A stretch of 63,977 bases of DNA, the filler included, from a bacterium (GTDB taxonomy: Bacteria > JBBIVP01), in assembly GCA_037439705.1 (NCBI GenBank). It is 7 parts of 7 records of this genome, joined end to end, with 100 filler letters (N's around TTAATTAATTAA, not from the genome) between each part and the next. Parts side by side here need not be neighbours in the genome. Positions count along the whole stretch, not along the records: positions 51,637 to 61,677 come from JBBIVP010000068.1; positions 61,778 to 63,977 come from JBBIVP010000236.1; 5 more parts are not named here. One strand, 5' to 3'. A model generated the notes under the pieces. That model was not told where the DNA came from. It saw only the letters and a program-made list of their open reading frames with translations, and did no database searches. Made by a program: the position numbers and the translations under genes. Below, one piece after another: positions 60,197-63,977 of this stretch. Every line of letters begins with the position of its first letter. The first letter of the stretch is position 1.

Positions 60197-60616
60197 ATGA
60201 AAGGTTTAACATTAATTGAATTGCTAATTGTTCTTGTAATTATAGGAATTCTTGCAGCAATTGCTATTCCAGGATATAGGGGAATTCAGAGAAGGTCAGC
60301 AATAAGAAGTGGGGAGGCATCTGTAAATTCAATAAAAATGGCTGTTGAGCAATACAGGACATTTCAGAGGACATATTTAACTCCATGCGGTTCACCTGTT
60401 ACCCAGGATAGCACCCATCAGGATATAGACACTTGCTACAGAGGTGCAAACATAGGAAATAATGTCAATCCATGGTGGTTTCGTGTTGAAGCGAATGATA
60501 CCGATTACAGGATATGTGCATTCCCTGTAGCAGGTTCAATCGTAGCTAACTCCCCTCCAATATGCGTTGATGAGGCTAACAGGTGGGGAGATGATGCAAC
60601 TGTTACATTTCCATGA
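60197..60616 (+). CDS. Type IV minor pilin (PilE/ComP-like)
   Basis: MKG/LTLIELLIVL motif; four Cys; SD GGAGGAG. Confidence 0.85.
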   Translation: MKGLTLIELLIVLVIIGILAAIAIPGYRGIQRRSAIRSGEASVNSIKMAVEQYRTFQRTYLTPCGSPVTQDSTHQDIDTCYRGANIGNNVNPWWFRVEANDTDYRICAFPVAGSIVANSPPICVDEANRWGDDATVTFP

Positions 60617-60663
60617 TTTTTAGCATTTTTTTGTTTTTTCTTATAAATCAGGGAGGAGAAAAG

Positions 60664-61281
60664 ATGGAGTTCGTAAATAGAATTCACTGGCTCGGTCATG
60701 CGAGTATAAGAATTGATGCGGAGAAGGTCATATACATTGACCCATGGAAGATAAGCGGAGGGAAGAAAGCAGACCTCATCCTCATTACCCATGACCATTA
60801 CGACCATTGCTCATCTGAGGATGTTAAGAAACTTGAAAAAAAGGATACGGTTATTGTGACAATAAATGCCTGTGCAAGTCAAATCAAAGGAAATGTGAAG
60901 GTTATTAAGCCAGGTGATACAATAGAACCAATAAAGGGGATAAAGGTTCATGCTGTTCCTTCTTATAATAAGACAAAGCAGTTTCATCCCAAGAATAAGG
61001 GATATGTGGGATATGTGATAGAGGTTGAAGGAGTTAAGGTTTATCATGCTGGCGATACAGATTTCATAGATGAAATGAGGTCTTTAAAGGTTGATATAGC
61101 TCTTCTTCCAGTTGGTGGAACATATACTATGAACTGGAAGGAAGCTGTTGAAGCTGTTAAGTCCTTCAATCCAAAGGTTGCAATTCCAATTCACTGGGGA
61201 GATATAGTTGGTTCTGAAGAAGATGCAAAGAACTTCTGTAACTCCCTCAAAGGAAACTGCACCATTCTGAAAAGGGAATAG
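60664..61281 (+). CDS. MBL-fold metallo-hydrolase
   Basis: WLGHAS, THDHYDH, HAGDT and PIHW motifs. Confidence 0.9.
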   Translation: MEFVNRIHWLGHASIRIDAEKVIYIDPWKISGGKKADLILITHDHYDHCSSEDVKKLEKKDTVIVTINACASQIKGNVKVIKPGDTIEPIKGIKVHAVPSYNKTKQFHPKNKGYVGYVIEVEGVKVYHAGDTDFIDEMRSLKVDIALLPVGGTYTMNWKEAVEAVKSFNPKVAIPIHWGDIVGSEEDAKNFCNSLKGNCTILKRE

Positions 61282-61368
61282 TTTAAAATATGATGGGGGG
61301 TGGGGAAAAGGATTGAATCTAACTAATCTCATTGAAGAGAGATTCTATATTTTGTAAATTTCAAAATT

Positions 61369-61677
61369 ATGGAGGAAACTTTTGAGAGAATAAAAAGGGG
61401 ATGTGTTGAAATCATTGAGGAGTATGAGTTGAGGGAGAGATTGAAAAAAGGCGGTCAGAGCGGGAAGGAATTGAGAATAAAATGCGGATTTGACCCATCT
61501 GCTCCTGATATCCATTTAGGACACTATCTTCTGTTGAGGAAGTTGAGGGAATTTCAGGACATCGGTCATAAGGTTTTACTTCTAATAGGAAATTTTACTG
61601 GAATGATAGGCGACCCATCGGGTCAGGTTTCAACGAGAAGGGCTCTCACGAGAGAAGAAGTACTGGTAAATGCAAAA
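61369..61677 (+). CDS. tyrS: Tyrosine--tRNA ligase, N-terminal part (contig end)
   Basis: [13 protein letters not shown] and [10 protein letters not shown] motifs. Confidence 0.95.
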
Positions 61678-61777
61678 NNNNNNNNNNNNNNNNNNNNNNN
61701 NNNNNNNNNNNNNNNNNNNNNTTAATTAATTAANNNNNNNNNNNNNNNNNNNNNNNNNNNNNNNNNNNNNNNNNNNN
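61678..61777. other. Artificial contig linker
   Basis: N44-TTAATTAATTAA-N44. Confidence 0.99.
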
Positions 61778-61798
61778 CCCTGCCCAGAAGAGGAAAAA

Positions 61799-62551
61799 AT
61801 GAAAATGTTTTTATTGACAGTTAGTTTTTTAATTTCTGCTGAACCAATGAAAATAAACCTTTTGAAATCCGTCCATTATTCCTTTAAAGGAGGAGAGGAA
61901 GCGAGTTTTGTAATTTCTGTCCCCCCTCTAAAAGAAGATTTTGTACTGCTCCTTTCTGGGAATTTCAAATCCGATATGGAAGTTGCGCTTGAGACAGAAA
62001 ATGGCATAATTTCTGGAAAGCTTGAGGGAGAAGGGGATTTTAAATACACCGCATTTGTCCTTTCAGGAATAAATAATTCTCCTGTTTTAAAGATAAAAAA
62101 TAACTCGTCAGAAATGGTGGATGTAAAATTTTATGTTGATTCATCAGAAATAAAAATAAAAGAACTTCCATATGAAGACGGATATTTTGTGACAGGATTT
62201 CGTCATCAGGAAAATAAGCCCTTAGTAGTCGGGTGCGTTTTTCCATTTCGTTCAAGAAGTAATACATGGGTTAAGGCGCTGAGAAACCTTAGAATTGAAG
62301 AGGCACTTTACACCACCTTTTCTGCAGGAGAAAATGTGGCATTCAGAAGAATGGAAATAAAAGAAGGTGCGGGGCACTATCTTGTGTTTTCTGAACTTCA
62401 TAATGGTAGAGGATTTGTTAATTGCGAGTCAGAAGAAATAAAAATTGTAAAAAAAGCCCCTGTGGGAAAATGGGTTCTTTTTCTCAGTATAGGACTTGCA
62501 ATAATACTCGGTGGAAGCATTATTTATTTTGTCCTTTATAGAAAAAAATAA
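61799..62551 (+). CDS. Hypothetical exported protein with C-terminal membrane anchor
   Basis: Short signal-like N-terminus; C-terminal TM followed by RKK. Confidence 0.6.
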   Translation: MKMFLLTVSFLISAEPMKINLLKSVHYSFKGGEEASFVISVPPLKEDFVLLLSGNFKSDMEVALETENGIISGKLEGEGDFKYTAFVLSGINNSPVLKIKNNSSEMVDVKFYVDSSEIKIKELPYEDGYFVTGFRHQENKPLVVGCVFPFRSRSNTWVKALRNLRIEEALYTTFSAGENVAFRRMEIKEGAGHYLVFSELHNGRGFVNCESEEIKIVKKAPVGKWVLFLSIGLAIILGGSIIYFVLYRKK

Positions 62552-62567
62552 TAATTTGGAGAAGGAA

Positions 62568-62804
62568 ATGGAGAAAACGCTTGAAGAAAAAATAAAGGAA
62601 TACATAGAAGAAAAGATAAAACCCTTCATTCAGAGAGATGGTGGAGATATTGAGTTTGTGAGATTAAGCGGGGGAGTGGTTGAAGTGAAACTCAAAGGAC
62701 AGTGCACATTCTGCCCATCCGCAGGGTATACCCTTAAGGTTGGAATTGAAGACACAATAAAGTCGGAATTTCCTGAGGTGAAAGAGGTTAGAACAGTAGA
62801 ATAG
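62568..62804 (+). CDS. NifU/NfuA C-terminal domain Fe-S carrier
   Basis: RDGGDIE and GQCTFCPS (CxxC) motifs. Confidence 0.88.
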   Translation: MEKTLEEKIKEYIEEKIKPFIQRDGGDIEFVRLSGGVVEVKLKGQCTFCPSAGYTLKVGIEDTIKSEFPEVKEVRTVE

Positions 62805-62806
62805 TT

Positions 62807-63880
62807 TTGGAAAAGGACTTCACCCCCTTTCTTAAAGAATTAGCAATTCCCAGATTTTCAGGAGGGGAAGGCGAAAGGATTGTGAGGGAGAAAATCATAA
62901 ATTATATGAAGGAACTGGGATTTAATGTAGAAGCGGAAGATTTTCGCTTTTCAACATTTCCTGCAGAAATTTTTCAGAGAGGAATTCTACTTCTTTTCTG
63001 GCTCCTTTTATCCTTGATTATCTTTTTCAAAAATTTTCTTCTTTTCAAAATTCTGTTTTATTTCTTTATATTTTTAAGTCTTTTTTTTCTTACAAGGTGG
63101 TCAGAAAAAATTGAATTCATCTATAACATATTTAGAAAAAGAATAAGCTCCAACATTTTAGCATGTCGGAAAAAAGGAGATACGGAAATTTTGTTCGTCG
63201 CCCATTATGATTCAAAATCCCAGTTTCTTCCGCTTCCTCTACGGGTTTCTCTCTTTTTCCTTTTTCTTTTGTTCACTCTAATTGTTCCTCTATCAGGAAA
63301 CCTGTGGAGGTTATTTTTCATCCTCCAGAGCGTATCCCTTGTCCTTTTAATTTTAAACATTACTTCCAATGCCTCTCCCGGAGGAATTGACAATGCATCA
63401 GGCGTTCTTGCTTTGCTTATTCTTGCAGAAAAAATTAAAGATGAAAGGGTGGCTTTTTTGTTTACAGGAGCGGAAGAGATGGGACTCTGTGGGGCCTTAG
63501 AGTTTTTGAAAAAACATGAAAAAGAGCTTTCCAAAAAAACTATAATTATAAATGTAGATGGTATAGGAGATGGAAATACGCTTATTCTGACAACAAAATT
63601 TGGTATTCCTCCAAGAAAAACCTCAAAACAGATTCACGCTCTCTTGAAGAAAGTTGCCGAGAAAAACGGGATAAAGGTAAAAGAAGGATGGCTTCCCTTC
63701 GGAGCAGGTCTTGACCACATTCCATTTGCTGTAAAAGGATATGAATCGGTTACAGTTCACCTTTCTTCTTTTAAAGATGCCTTTTTTGTTCATACATCAA
63801 AGGATACCCCTGAGAGGGTCAACCTTCAGCGCATAAAACAGATTTCGGAAATCCTATATCAATTTTTAAAACAAGTATGA
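62807..63880 (+). CDS. M28 family membrane peptidase
   Basis: AHYDS, DNASG, AEEMG, DH and HTSKD motifs. Confidence 0.85.
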   Translation: MEKDFTPFLKELAIPRFSGGEGERIVREKIINYMKELGFNVEAEDFRFSTFPAEIFQRGILLLFWLLLSLIIFFKNFLLFKILFYFFIFLSLFFLTRWSEKIEFIYNIFRKRISSNILACRKKGDTEILFVAHYDSKSQFLPLPLRVSLFFLFLLFTLIVPLSGNLWRLFFILQSVSLVLLILNITSNASPGGIDNASGVLALLILAEKIKDERVAFLFTGAEEMGLCGALEFLKKHEKELSKKTIIINVDGIGDGNTLILTTKFGIPPRKTSKQIHALLKKVAEKNGIKVKEGWLPFGAGLDHIPFAVKGYESVTVHLSSFKDAFFVHTSKDTPERVNLQRIKQISEILYQFLKQV

Positions 63881-63977
63881 AAGGAAAAATCGCTCTTTTA
63901 TTCATCCTTATTCCTTTAAAGGGATTTTCGTTTTTTATCCACACCGAAGGAATGAATGAAAGTGAGTTTGAATCTAT
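63877..63977 (+). CDS. N-terminus of an exported protein, probably the same gene as 2..685
   Basis: MKGKIALLFILIPLKGFSFFIHTEG; last 60 bp match bases 1..60 at 55/60. Confidence 0.6.
   Translation, partial: MKGKIALLFILIPLKGFSFFIHTEGMNESEFES

Noticed and set aside
63918-63977. DGR template/variable repeat pair or phage terminal repeat with 1..60
   Set aside because: Mismatches are not adenine-specific on one strand, there is no reverse transcriptase or phage gene, and a contig overlap explains it.

Overview
This window is not one locus. It is seven contigs of an AT-rich bacterial draft genome or MAG, joined by artificial 100-bp linkers (N44-TTAATTAATTAA-N44) at 10270, 20620, 30930, 41237, 51537 and 61678, with one 10-N scaffold gap at 23901. 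Synteny is only meaningful within a contig. The organism is probably a diderm thermophile with deltaproteobacteria-like traits (inference from GC-rich rRNA, a sigma54-type pilin promoter and a pan RNA motif). Most genes are housekeeping: PBP1A, coaBC, valS, thrS, tyrS, panBCD, nadC, thyX, pfkA, purD, secG, an RND pump, three tRNAs, tmRNA, and 23S(3')/5S rRNA. Best candidate for an undescribed system: a type III CRISPR ancillary/adaptation cassette (csx1, NE0113-type CARF-wHTH, cas1, cas2) that continues directly into an RNase H-fold gene whose first catalytic Asp is replaced. That gene is cut by the contig end, and no array or cas10 is visible. Other highlights: a two-hairpin pan RNA motif that buries the panB SD and start codon; a tRNA-Ala/three-pilin locus with Cys-flanked DxDxDG motifs and sigma54/PilR-like sites; a bacterial Clp1 kinase; a GTAG-REP tandem; several dispersed mobile-element remnants; a collapsed type III R-M Mod gene; and decaying LPS/polysaccharide genes. 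The last 60 bp of the window nearly duplicate the first 60 bp, so contig 7 probably joins contig 1.
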